IMG/VR virus record: IMGVR_UViG_2562617096_000005
Strand: one strand, 5' to 3'
Length of the DNA: 64,000 nucleotides
Origin: a virus
Taxonomy: Duplodnaviria; Caudoviricetes
Part shown: positions 44,153 through 53,917 of the stretch, in pieces
Position numbering within the stretch: position 1 is the stretch's first letter
Layout of the letters: each line of letters begins with the position of its first letter
Made by a program: the position numbers and the translations under genes
The notes under the pieces: generated by a model
The model's database searches: none
What the model was told of the DNA's origin: nothing
What the model saw: the letters and a program-made list of their open reading frames with translations, nothing else

Positions 44153-44500
44153 ATGGAGGAAAATATGTGTCAGAATAATTTTAATCCTTTGGAAGAATTT
44201 GCAAAAAGAGGAACAGGTTTTGTAAACGGAGAAAAGAGAATTCTAAAATTCTTTCAGGAAAACAAAAATAAAAAAGATAGGGTGGATTTTCTGAAAAATG
44301 AATTTGGAGTAGGAGGATTTAGTTTTTCTTCAACAGAAGCAAATTTGCTAACAAGAGGAGATACAAATGCTAAAGGAATCACGTTGAGATACAACAATGA
44401 TACAGATTTTGGCATTGAGAAAAAGTACACATGGAAGGAATTGGTTGATTGTATTGATGCAATGATTGAGAAGGAGGAATATGTAAATGAAAAAATTTAA
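44153..44500 (+). CDS. Hypothetical protein; standalone version of a domain seen in large helicase/methylase proteins
   Basis: RGTGF..G.KRI...FLKNEFGVGG...AKGI...TW pattern. Confidence 0.5.
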   Translation: MEENMCQNNFNPLEEFAKRGTGFVNGEKRILKFFQENKNKKDRVDFLKNEFGVGGFSFSSTEANLLTRGDTNAKGITLRYNNDTDFGIEKKYTWKELVDCIDAMIEKEEYVNEKI

Positions 44501-45251
44501 CTGGGAAGAATTTAAATATAAAAATAACAAGATTGCAGTGCATTGTAAAACAGAGGAGGAAGCAAAAGATTTCTGTAATCAGATGCATGAGCATGGGATG
44601 AAGTGGGGTGATGGTGATAGTTATTTGGAAAATATAAACTATAATAAATATCTTGGTAAAACGTGCTACAGCAATAGTTGTTTGTATGGCGGATATGATT
44701 TTTATGAACAAATAGGTTATAGAATTTTAGAGTGGAGTGATTACATGGGAGTTGGAAATAAAGAATTTACAAAGGCAGATTTAAAAGACGGTATGGTTGT
44801 TGAATACAAAAATGGAAAAAGAAGGCTTGTTATTGCAAATATGTTGATAGGTGAAGACGGATTTTTAACGTTAGACTCATTCCGGGAAAATTTAGAAAAT
44901 ATTAAATTTATGGACCATACAATTGTAAAAATTTTCAAAATAAAAGAAGCTATGACATTTAATTATATTCTTGATGATGATAACCTTAAACTCATCTGGG
45001 AACGTATTGAAGTCAAACACATGACTGTTGATGAAATGCAAAAGAAGTTGGAAGAGCTGACTGGAGAGAGGGTTGAGTTTGAGCCGAGTGTGGAAGAAAT
45101 GATTGGAGTTATTTGCAAATATTGTAGAAAAGCTAAATGCAATACGTGTGTTATACCAAGTGGAATGAGTTGTAATTTTGCTAACTATAGCAAAGACGAA
45201 GTAAAGAAAGCGTATGAGAAGGTGATGGAAGATGGACGAAAAGAAAGTTAG
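44487..45251 (+). CDS. Hypothetical phage protein
   Basis: AVHCKTEEEA; FTKADLKDGMVVE. Confidence 0.7.
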   Translation: MKKFNWEEFKYKNNKIAVHCKTEEEAKDFCNQMHEHGMKWGDGDSYLENINYNKYLGKTCYSNSCLYGGYDFYEQIGYRILEWSDYMGVGNKEFTKADLKDGMVVEYKNGKRRLVIANMLIGEDGFLTLDSFRENLENIKFMDHTIVKIFKIKEAMTFNYILDDDNLKLIWERIEVKHMTVDEMQKKLEELTGERVEFEPSVEEMIGVICKYCRKAKCNTCVIPSGMSCNFANYSKDEVKKAYEKVMEDGRKES

Positions 45252-45519
45252 AGAAGTGATAGAAGATTTTAAGGAAATAGTTTTAATGTCTTCTGCAATG
45301 GGATTTGATATTACTTCTGGACAGTGTGATTTAATAATCGAAGCACTTGAAAAGCAGTTGCCGAGGAAACCTAACTTTGAAGGAGATGGATACGCTCCTA
45401 ATGGAACATTTGTGTATGACACGTGGATATGTCCGAGTTGTGAGGGATACTATGAAGTTGACTATGATGATTACGTTTATTGCCCGCAGTGCGGACAGAA
45501 ACTTGATTGGTCGGAATAA
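45232..45519 (+). CDS. Zn-ribbon phage protein
   Basis: ALEKQ.P; CPSC; YCPQCGQKLDW. Confidence 0.75.
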   Translation: MDEKKVREVIEDFKEIVLMSSAMGFDITSGQCDLIIEALEKQLPRKPNFEGDGYAPNGTFVYDTWICPSCEGYYEVDYDDYVYCPQCGQKLDWSE

Positions 45520-45554
45520 ATGAGTTGAATTAGACTTAGAAAGGTGAAAGAAAT

Positions 45555-45722
45555 ATAGACGAACCAAAGAAATACCCGTTTTGCGGTGGGGAAGCTAAAA
45601 TATACAAATCGTTTAATTACATTAGCAAATACAGAGTGTAATGTGCAAAATGCGAGATGTGTTCACCAAATTACAACAAATCAGAAGAAGCAATCGAAGT
45701 ATGGAATAGGAGAGTGAAATAA
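45555..45722 (+). pseudogene. Degenerate Lar-family (restriction alleviation) gene
   Basis: YPFCGGEAK...V*CAKC...EEAIEVWNRR with lost start, first Cys and an in-frame stop. Confidence 0.6.
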
Positions 45723-47906
45723 ATGTCTATTTATAGAGAAGTAATAACAGAAGTTTACTGTGATGTATGCGGAGAAAAAGTTATAGGATGGAATAGCACA
45801 AGAAATGATGGAGTGAGTAAAATATGGGCGGGATATTATGCAAGATTAATGGGTTGCACAGTAGGAAAAAAGGTAGTGTGCAAACAGTGTCGAATAAAGA
45901 AACGTATAGAAAAATGCAATCTACAAAAGAGGTATGGATGCGTAGAAAAAGACAAGAACGGTGCTTGCTTGGGGATTGGTGAACAATGCAAACACTGTAT
46001 TGCGTGCGCTGCTTTTGACTGGGAAGAAGAAAGGAAACGGTTGAGTAAATGAAAAAATATAAATGCAAGAAGTCTTTTTATGTAGATAAATACGACAATG
46101 ATGGATTTTTGATAAACGATGGAATGGTAATTGAAGAAGGGAAAATTTACGAATTAAATGAAAGTGAGTACATGATAATTGGTGGGAAAGACCATGTTCA
46201 TCTTGACGCTGTAGATGATGGCTCATGGTTAGAAATCACAAAAGAGCATTTAGTAGAGTATTTTGAGTTCATGGAGGTAGAGTGATGGGTGATGCAATTT
46301 ATAACCAAGCTGTAAAGGAAATGAGAAGCCTTGCAGAACATGTGATGCAAGATATTCAAGAATTTGCAGATGAACATGACTATGAAAAAACGTGGGTTGT
46401 TGAAAGATTTAGAGAGGAATTTAACAGGATATCAAGAAAAGAGGGATAACATGAACGTACTAGAGAAGATTTTGGAAGAGATAAAAGAAGCAACATTTCA
46501 AGAAGATGCGCCTATTTATATGGGTGATATGGAAGTGGATGGATATGTGCGAGCAAGCAGGATAGAAGAGATCATTCGTTCTCACATGGATGATGGTAGC
46601 AAAAGTGATTGGATACCATGCAGTGAGAGGTTGCCTGAAAAACCTGTATTTGGAGAAGATTCGTATATTGTTCAAACAAATAATATAATAACCCCATTCT
46701 CTGCTTTTTGGGATGGAGAAGAATGGACAGATGTAAGTGATGACAAAGTAAAAGGGGTAATTGCATGGCAGCCGCTTCCAAAAAGATATAAAGGAAAATA
46801 AGATTATGAGTAGTGATTTAATTAGTAGACAGGCGTTAATTCGATCAATTGTTAAAGAATATGATACACAATTTGGACAATATTCTCTCATGGAAATGAT
46901 TGACGAAGTACAAAAAGAGCCGACTGCTTATGATGTAGATAAGGTTATAGAGCAGTTACAGAAAGCAAAAACCAGAATGTCGTGTTATCGGTTAAACAAT
47001 ATTGCAGACGATAGAATAAGTATTGATGAAGCAATTGAAATTGTACGAAAGGGTGGTATTGAGAAATGAAAAGACTGACAATTAGTGGAACTGGTGAAGC
47101 AAGAACAGATGTTACGATTAAAGAAGTGCTAGATAGACTGAGATTTTATGAAGACTACGATGAACGAGAAGAATTGCTGATACACGCTTTTACCATCGAA
47201 ACTACAGTTTTATGTTCAGAATGTGGACATTCGCGAAGTGCAGTGTCAGAAACATGGATTAGACCTGATTTGTTGAAGTGTGATAGATTTTACACAACAA
47301 AAGAAGAAGCAGAAAAAGCACTAGAGCAGATGAAGAAAGATGAGGAATAAAAACATGCATATAAGTTATCAGGGAATTTCTGAACCGAAAAAAGAGCCAA
47401 AAGATATGCTTATAGAGTGCTTGAAAGATGTAAGAGCTGATATCAGTCAAGCATGTAATAGGATTGAAGATAAAAATTTATATAAGGCAATGGGAAGGAT
47501 TGATAATTTTCTTACAATCCTCAGCTATTTAAATAACGCAGAGGAGGTTGAATAGATATGGGGTATGTAATAATGCTATTTCTTTTAATCGGTTGGGTAT
47601 TCAGCAGAGGAACAAGTGATGTTGCTTTAGTGGCTGCTGGATTATTTGCAATTGCTGGAGCTATCAGTTTTCATGAGTAGAGGATGGTGATATAATATGA
47701 GTAAAGAAGCAAAAAGTCTTAGGTGGTTAGCAAATATGTTTCCGCTTACCAATGTTCCGTTAGATGAGACTGATAAAATATCAAATGCAATTCATATATA
47801 TTGCACTGCTGGCGCAGAAAAAATTGACCAGCTTCAAAAAGAAAATGAAATACTTTTGGAATATTTAAAGAACAAAGGAGTTGATTTGAATGACCGGAAG
47901 ATTTGA
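45723..47906 (+). CDS. Run of small ORFs including a DUF551-like protein (46451-46801)
   Basis: WIPCSERLPE...VIAWQPLP in 46451-46801; the others are hypothetical. Confidence 0.6.
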
Positions 47907-48903
47907 GCATAAGCTTGCCATAGAAGAAAAGCTTGAAAACCATATAAAAGAGAAACCGATATGGTTAAGAGATTATTATTATAGTATGGCGAATAACACT
48001 GCTGCGACAAAAAGGAAATACCTTGGAGATGTAGAAATGTTTTTGAATAGTATTGCTGATGGAATGGGAGTTGAAATTGCAGAGCTTAAATTAGAAAACA
48101 TCACTACATCTGTAATTAACCGCTATTTTACTAAAAGAAATCAGGAGTTAATTTCTGGAAAACCAATATCTAACGCAACAATCGCAACTCAAATCAGCAG
48201 CTTACATAATTTCTTTGATTTTCTTTATAGATTTGAGTATATATCAGAAAATCCAATGGAAAAAGCGATTAAAAGACCTTCTGTAAAGCTTAAAGACGAA
48301 ATTTCATATTTGACAGAAGATGAGATTTCGATTATTATAAAAAATCTCAATGAGGGAGTTGGGTCAAAACACGCCAGAACGTCTCAAAAGAAATATCAGG
48401 ATAGAGATAGGTTGCTGTTCCTTATTCCTCTATCAACTGGATGTAGAGTATCAGCATTGAGTGAAATCAATGTGAGTGATATTGATTTCGAAAATTGTTT
48501 AATACATACAATTGATAAGAGAGATAAAGAATTTGAGTACGAGGTCACAAAAGAACTTATGGATATCATTCGTAGATGGTGCGATAGGAGGAAACTAATT
48601 CCGGGAATAGAAGCAACAGATGCTTTATTTGTTTCTAAAAAATCTGATGGATGTAAAAGGCTCGGAGTTGGCGCAATTCAAAAAATTATTGCAAAATATT
48701 CTGAGGGGATAGATAGAAAAATAAGCCCACATGAGTTGCGTAGAACATTTGGTACAAATGTATATCGAATGAAGGGAGATATATATTTGACATCAGAATT
48801 GCTCGGACACAGTAGTCCTACAACCACGAAAAGGTACGCATCGGTAAACAAACAAGAAATGAAAGAAGTAAGAGGAGCGATAATCAATAACCTGCTAAAA
48901 TAA
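47890..48903 (+). CDS. Tyrosine recombinase/integrase
   Basis: TGCRVS, K, HELRR, LGH and Y catalytic residues. Confidence 0.93.
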   Translation: MTGRFEHKLAIEEKLENHIKEKPIWLRDYYYSMANNTAATKRKYLGDVEMFLNSIADGMGVEIAELKLENITTSVINRYFTKRNQELISGKPISNATIATQISSLHNFFDFLYRFEYISENPMEKAIKRPSVKLKDEISYLTEDEISIIIKNLNEGVGSKHARTSQKKYQDRDRLLFLIPLSTGCRVSALSEINVSDIDFENCLIHTIDKRDKEFEYEVTKELMDIIRRWCDRRKLIPGIEATDALFVSKKSDGCKRLGVGAIQKIIAKYSEGIDRKISPHELRRTFGTNVYRMKGDIYLTSELLGHSSPTTTKRYASVNKQEMKEVRGAIINNLLK

Positions 48904-48982
48904 GTTTATTTACATTTACTGGAAAAAATTTCCAAAAGATGATAATATACTACTGTACATAACAGAAAGTTGAGGAAAGCCT

Positions 48983-49981
48983 ATGTATAATGAGGATGTG
49001 AAAAATAGCTATGTAAAAAAATTAAAATATAAGGTCGATACGAAAGAAATGATGGATGTACTTACATTGTTCCAAAAATCTTCTATATTGGAAGAAAAAT
49101 ACAATTGTGATTTAGCGTACTTTAATAGAGAACAGTTAATAGAGTTGATAAAAATGTTCAACTTTACATCTATTTATAGGGTGAGGGAAATCCAAAGAAG
49201 AATAAACCGTTATGTTGTATATTGTTCAGAAGAATATGACAAATCAATCAAAAAAACGACCATAAGCCAAGATAAAATAAGAGAAATAGCAAATAGCGGA
49301 AATAGCAAATTGGCAGTAATTAGTAAGGAAATGTTTGAAATGCTTGTAGATAAAATGCTTAAAAATAACAATGCTCAAGGAGCATTTGCGCTCGTAGCTG
49401 CATGGTCTGGATTGTCTGGCTATGGACTTTCGGAAATTACTCTTGTCAAATTGTCTAATATAGATTTTAGCAATAAAAAGTTGAAAATATACGAATACGA
49501 CCCCGTGAGCGATAAAATCATTTTTACCAGAACGACAGTAGTCTCTGACTTATTTATTAAAGTAGCTGAGTTGGCTGATAAAGAGATAGAGTACATAGAT
49601 AATATTGGTAGAGCAATAGGTATATACGAAAATAGCGAATATGTTATTAAAACAAGGATTACAAGCAGAAATTTAGATACCAGCGAAACTAAAGATTTGA
49701 GATTATTTATCGAAAGAAGAAGAAAAAATATCCAAGATAGATTGATGAGGTTGAGAAATAGTGATGATTTTTATTTTCCAAACCTTAATTTTGAAAGCAT
49801 AAGGCGTTCCGGTATAGCTTCTGTAACAATAGATGTAGCAAACGCTTTAGGCGTTCCGTTAAGCAAACTTGAAGAAGATGATAGTAATTTTGTTATCAAA
49901 CCGATACTGGACAAATTTAATATTGACATGACTTATATGCGTAGTATAATTAGTACACATATTTTAAAATATAGCCAATAG
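48983..49981 (+). CDS. Degenerate tyrosine-recombinase-fold protein, MrpR/YopR-like repressor
   Basis: MYNEDVK..., EEKYNCDL..FN, IRRSG; lacks the canonical catalytic set; follows the integrase as in SPbeta-like phages. Confidence 0.6.
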   Translation: MYNEDVKNSYVKKLKYKVDTKEMMDVLTLFQKSSILEEKYNCDLAYFNREQLIELIKMFNFTSIYRVREIQRRINRYVVYCSEEYDKSIKKTTISQDKIREIANSGNSKLAVISKEMFEMLVDKMLKNNNAQGAFALVAAWSGLSGYGLSEITLVKLSNIDFSNKKLKIYEYDPVSDKIIFTRTTVVSDLFIKVAELADKEIEYIDNIGRAIGIYENSEYVIKTRITSRNLDTSETKDLRLFIERRRKNIQDRLMRLRNSDDFYFPNLNFESIRRSGIASVTIDVANALGVPLSKLEEDDSNFVIKPILDKFNIDMTYMRSIISTHILKYSQ

Positions 49982-50099
49982 GCTATATTTTTTTACCATA
50001 TCACAAGTTTGACAAAAAGGTTATATATCAGGTTGATATTCTAAAAGTGTTATGGTACAATAATTAAACAGAACATATATTCGATTAAAGGAGATAACC

Positions 50100-50354
50100 A
50101 TGTTTAAATTGATAACTTTATTAAAAGAACACAAAATGTCTTGCGTAAATGTAGAATTTATTGGAAATTGGATAAAATATTGTAAAGATAGTTGCTTGAT
50201 TGATGTATTTGACAATGAAACTAATATTGCACTAGTAATTTCAGGAGCAGGCGTGATATTGGATAAAGAGAAAATCGAGGATGTTACTTATGAGAACGAC
50301 TGTATAAACATAGTATCAAATACAAATGAAAAAATAATTTTAAAAAAGTGTTGA
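50100..50354 (+). CDS. Hypothetical protein
   Basis: RBS AAGGAG. Confidence 0.5.
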   Translation: MFKLITLLKEHKMSCVNVEFIGNWIKYCKDSCLIDVFDNETNIALVISGAGVILDKEKIEDVTYENDCINIVSNTNEKIILKKC

Positions 50355-50379
50355 CATTTCGGCGAGAGTGTGATAAATT
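50351..50379 (+). promoter_or_regulatory. sigmaA-like promoter for the ligase
   Basis: TTGACA-17-TAAATT with TG. Confidence 0.55.
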
Positions 50380-50408
50380 ATACCCATAGCAACGGAGGAC
50401 ATTAGAAA

Positions 50409-52343
50409 ATGAATGAAATGAGAGCTATCATAGAACAATTAAAAGCAGCTAACGTTGCTTACTATCAGGAAAGTAGAGAAATCATGTCTAACTATGATTA
50501 TGACAAACTCTACGATAAGCTGGTAGATATGGAGAAAGAAACAGGAGTTATTTATTCCGATTCTCCAACACAATCTGTAGCAAACGATTTTTTAGACTTC
50601 TTGCCAAAAGAAAAGCATGAAAAGAAGATGCTTTCTTTAGACAAAACAAAAAGTGTTGAAACTTTAAAAAGCTGGATAAGCGATAAAGATGGAATTTTGT
50701 CATGGAAATTAGATGGACTAACTGTTGTTCTTACTTACGACAATGGCGAGCTGCAAAAAGCCGTGACAAGAGGAAACGGTACAACAGGTGAAATTATCAC
50801 TCAAAATGTATCAAGATGTAAAGGAGTACCATTGAAAATTCCATATAAAGAGAAACTAATTCTTAGAGGTGAAGCAGTTATTTCATATACTGATTTTGAC
50901 AGAATTAATTCTCAGATAGAAGATGTTGGAGCAAGATATAAAAACCCAAGAAATCTTGCTTCAGGAAGTATTCGCTTACTTGATGCATCCGAAAGTCAAA
51001 AAAGAAATGTCCAAGTCATTATATTTAGACTAATCTCTGGTAGTAAATTTAAGACAATGGACAAACAATTTAATTGGCTTTCTGAAATAGGATTTAATGT
51101 TGTAGAACATTATCCTGTAAATAAAGACAATATAGAAGAATGTGTAAAATTTTTTAAAAGAAAAATCGAAAATAATGACATTCCGACAGACGGTCTTGTA
51201 GTTTCATATAACAATACTGATTATGGCAATTCTCTTGGCAATACTTCGAAATTTGAAAGACATTCGTTTGCTTTCAAATGGAAAGATGAAGTTGCGGAAA
51301 CTACTTTAAAAAAGATTGAATGGAGTCCTTCACGAACAGGCTTACTTAATCCGGTAGCAATTTTTGAGCCGGTAGAGCTGGAAGGGACTACGGTAAGTCG
51401 TGCCAGTGTGCATAATATCAGTATTATTAAAGAATTGAAACTCGGCATAGGAGATACAATCAAAGTTATCAAGTCTAATATGATAATCCCCCAAATTGTT
51501 GAAAACAGCACAAAGAGCAACAATTTAGATATCCCAAAACAATGTCCTATATGTGGAGGAGACACTAATATAATTTGCTCTAATGATACAGAGGTTCTAA
51601 TGTGCATGAATACACACTGTCCAGAAAAGCTTATTGGAAAATTTGTACATTTTTGTGAAAGAGACGCAATGAATATTGAGGGAATGTCAGAGGCTACTGT
51701 TGATTTTCTCGTGAAAAAAGGATGGTTAAAGACATTTAAAGATTTTTACAATTTATCTCAGTATAAGGCAACTTGGATGTCAATACCGGGATTTGGTAAA
51801 AAATCTGTTGAAAAATTATTCCTGTCAATAGAGAAAAGTAAACAAGTAAGTCCTGAAAGATTGTTGTATGCATTAGGAATACCTAAAATTGGAAGAAGTC
51901 AATCAAGAGAGATATTTAATCATTTTGATACATGGGATGATTTGATAAAATCCATGAAAGAGAAATTTGATTTTAGTAAATTAGACGGTTTTGGAGATGT
52001 ATTAAATAAATCTATATACGATTGGTTTAAAGAAGATTATAAATCAGAAGAAATTGAGCAACTTGTTAAAATTCTTGTGTTTGAAGAAAAAATAAAAACG
52101 GAGGAACTCCTTTCATTAACCAACAAAACATTTGTGATTACAGGAAGTTTGAATAAGTTCTCAAATAGAAATGATTTAAAATCTACAATTGAAACTCACG
52201 GAGGCAAAGTAACAGGGAGTGTGACTTCAAAGACACATTATCTGATTAACAATGATACAACGTCAAATTCTTCTAAAAATAAAAAAGCAAAAGAGCTTGG
52301 TATTCCAATTATAAGCGAAGAAGAATTTCTAACACTTTTGTAA
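50409..52343 (+). CDS. ligA: NAD-dependent DNA ligase
   Basis: MLSLDK, KLDG, TRGNG, NPRN, DGLV, SRASVHN, CPIC zinc finger, BRCT FVITG. Confidence 0.96.
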   Translation: MNEMRAIIEQLKAANVAYYQESREIMSNYDYDKLYDKLVDMEKETGVIYSDSPTQSVANDFLDFLPKEKHEKKMLSLDKTKSVETLKSWISDKDGILSWKLDGLTVVLTYDNGELQKAVTRGNGTTGEIITQNVSRCKGVPLKIPYKEKLILRGEAVISYTDFDRINSQIEDVGARYKNPRNLASGSIRLLDASESQKRNVQVIIFRLISGSKFKTMDKQFNWLSEIGFNVVEHYPVNKDNIEECVKFFKRKIENNDIPTDGLVVSYNNTDYGNSLGNTSKFERHSFAFKWKDEVAETTLKKIEWSPSRTGLLNPVAIFEPVELEGTTVSRASVHNISIIKELKLGIGDTIKVIKSNMIIPQIVENSTKSNNLDIPKQCPICGGDTNIICSNDTEVLMCMNTHCPEKLIGKFVHFCERDAMNIEGMSEATVDFLVKKGWLKTFKDFYNLSQYKATWMSIPGFGKKSVEKLFLSIEKSKQVSPERLLYALGIPKIGRSQSREIFNHFDTWDDLIKSMKEKFDFSKLDGFGDVLNKSIYDWFKEDYKSEEIEQLVKILVFEEKIKTEELLSLTNKTFVITGSLNKFSNRNDLKSTIETHGGKVTGSVTSKTHYLINNDTTSNSSKNKKAKELGIPIISEEEFLTLL

Positions 52344-52376
52344 AATAAAACCATCGTAGCATAAGCTGCGATGTAA

Positions 52377-52450
52377 GGGGCTTTAGTTCAGTTGGTTAGA
52401 ACGCTCGGCTCATAACCGAGAAGTCATAGGTTCGAGTCCTATAAGCCCCA
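52377..52450 (+). tRNA. tRNA CAT (Ile2 or Met)
   Basis: Full cloverleaf, CTCGG-CTCATAA-CCGAG. Confidence 0.9.
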
Positions 52451-52593
52451 TTAGGCTGATAGATTAAATCAATTGCCATAAAAACAGAGTAGATATAGTT
52501 TTTACTGTAATGCGTACCTGTACAAGTAACAGTTTTTACTAAGGTTTTATCCCTTACTCATGAGAGGTAATGAGCCTTTGAGTCTACTAATTT

Positions 52594-52742
52594 TGATAAG
52601 CATACTCAACAGAAATCTTTGGAACGTGCACGAACTAAGGAAAGTATGATATGGAACGAGTAAAATATGATGCGATGAATGTGGAATGTGCACATGAAAC
52701 AGACTTTACATTATAGAGATGGTTCAAATCCATTGCTTATCT
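52594..52742 (+). ncRNA. tRNA-like element with a large internal region
   Basis: GATAAGCA/TGCTTATC acceptor-like stem plus T-arm ATGGTTCAAATCCAT. Confidence 0.4.
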
Positions 52743-52789
52743 CTCTACTATTTGCTTTATGATTTTTTTCAAATAGTAGACTCCTTTCT

Positions 52790-52861
52790 TGGGGTATCGC
52801 CAAGCGGTAAGGCACAGGACTTTGACTCCTGTATTCGCTGGTTCGAATCCAGCTATCCCAG
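52790..52861 (+). tRNA. tRNA-Gln(TTG)
   Basis: TGGGGTATCGCCAAGCGGTAAGGC...CTTTGAC...GGTTCGAATCC. Confidence 0.95.
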
Positions 52862-52944
52862 TTTTATCTTTACTCTGTATTTTTAAACACCCCTAACACA
52901 CCCCCAAAAATGCAATACTCTACAGGGTAAAGGTAAAAATAAAT

Positions 52945-53054
52945 GCAATGATAGTTCAGTTGGGAGAACGGCTGGCAAAAACAATGTTGTTAAAAATACA
53001 TTGTAGACAGCAAAACAAACCAGCAGGTCGCAAGTTCGACTCTTGCTCATTGCA
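52945..53054 (+). ncRNA. tRNA-like RNA with an insertion replacing the anticodon loop
   Basis: Acceptor GCAATGA/TCATTGC, D arm, GCTGG/CCAGC stem, T arm; insert has an ACAATGT/ACATTGT hairpin followed by AGACAGCAA. Confidence 0.7.
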
Positions 53055-53125
53055 AGCTCCTTTGTTGGAGAGGTTATCTTTTTTATTTACTTTTAAATGA
53101 GTTGCAGGAATAACTGCAATTCTGA

Positions 53126-53199
53126 TGCGGAGTAGAGCAGTCTGGAAGCTCGTTAGCCTCATCAGCTAAAGATCAGTGGTTCAAATCCACTCTCCGCAA
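53126..53199 (+). tRNA. tRNA-Met(CAT), initiator-like body with an atypical anticodon stem
   Basis: GCGGAGTAGAGCAGTCTGGAAGCTCG-TTAGC-CTCATCA-GCTAA...GGTTCAAATCC. Confidence 0.8.
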
Positions 53200-53427
53200 T
53201 TCCTTGAGCTATAACTTTAAAATTTTGAAATATATTTTCAAACATATAAATCACTTCCAAATAAATTTACTCAAGGACATGCCCCAATCGTAAAAGGAAA
53301 CAATATTTCTAATTCGTAGCACTCTAAGTAGAGGTAAAGAGAATAGGGTAAAACTGCATTGTGAAATGCAGAAGTTCATAAGAGAACTGCAATAAAGTAA
53401 CGATTTATTGTGAATGAAAAATTCAAA

Positions 53428-53527
53428 TCAGTTACATACAGCAAAATATAAAACAAATGGTTAAAGAAAGTATTATGACAAAATATTTCGAGATGGTTCA
53501 AATCCATCACAATTAAATGTAGCTGAG
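53428..53527 (+). ncRNA. Permuted tRNA-like RNA with TACAGCAA module
   Basis: TCAGTTACA/TGTAGCTGA closing stem, TACAGCAA, internal T-arm GATGGTTCAAATCCATC. Confidence 0.55.
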
Positions 53528-53539
53528 AAAATTTAATAT

Positions 53540-53667
53540 GCAGGACATAGCTCAATTGGCTAGAGCACGTAAACTTTGTAGTATTGTTATAAATATGTTA
53601 CATACAGCAATTATTTCTAATGCGCTTTTAACGCCGTGGTTATCGGTTCGAGTCCGGTTGTCCTGCA
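53540..53667 (+). tRNA. tRNA-Lys(TTT)-like with a 52-nt insertion in the anticodon stem
   Basis: Removing 53570-53621 gives CGGCG-CTTTTAA-CGCCG. Confidence 0.7.
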
Positions 53668-53673
53668 AAATAT

Positions 53674-53800
53674 GCGGAGAATAGCTCAGATGGATAGAGC
53701 ACTGTTAAAATTGTAGCGATGTAAAATATTCGTTACATGCAGCAACATACATATTGCTTAGGGAGCCAGATGTCGCAGGTTCGAGTCTTGCTTCTCCGCA
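53674..53800 (+). tRNA. tRNA-Pro(AGG)-like with a 51-nt insertion in the anticodon stem
   Basis: Removing 53705-53755 gives CTGGC-TTAGGGA-GCCAG. Confidence 0.7.
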
Positions 53801-53803
53801 CAA

Positions 53804-53877
53804 CAGAATATGAGAGTAATGGGTAACTCGGTTAGTGTTGGAAGCTTTCGTTCTAGGTTCGAGTCCTAGTGTTCTGA
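53804..53877 (+). ncRNA. Degenerate tRNA-like element
   Basis: CAGAATA/TGTTCTG acceptor, CTAGGTTCGAGTCCTAG T arm, poor anticodon arm. Confidence 0.5.
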
Positions 53878-53917
53878 TAGGTGTAAAATCTAAAATACAA
53901 AGAAAGGGAAATTAAAA

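Noticed and set aside
53570-53755. tRNA inserts as group I introns or riboswitches
   Set aside because: About 50 nt, lacking P7 core elements; no riboswitch consensus recognised
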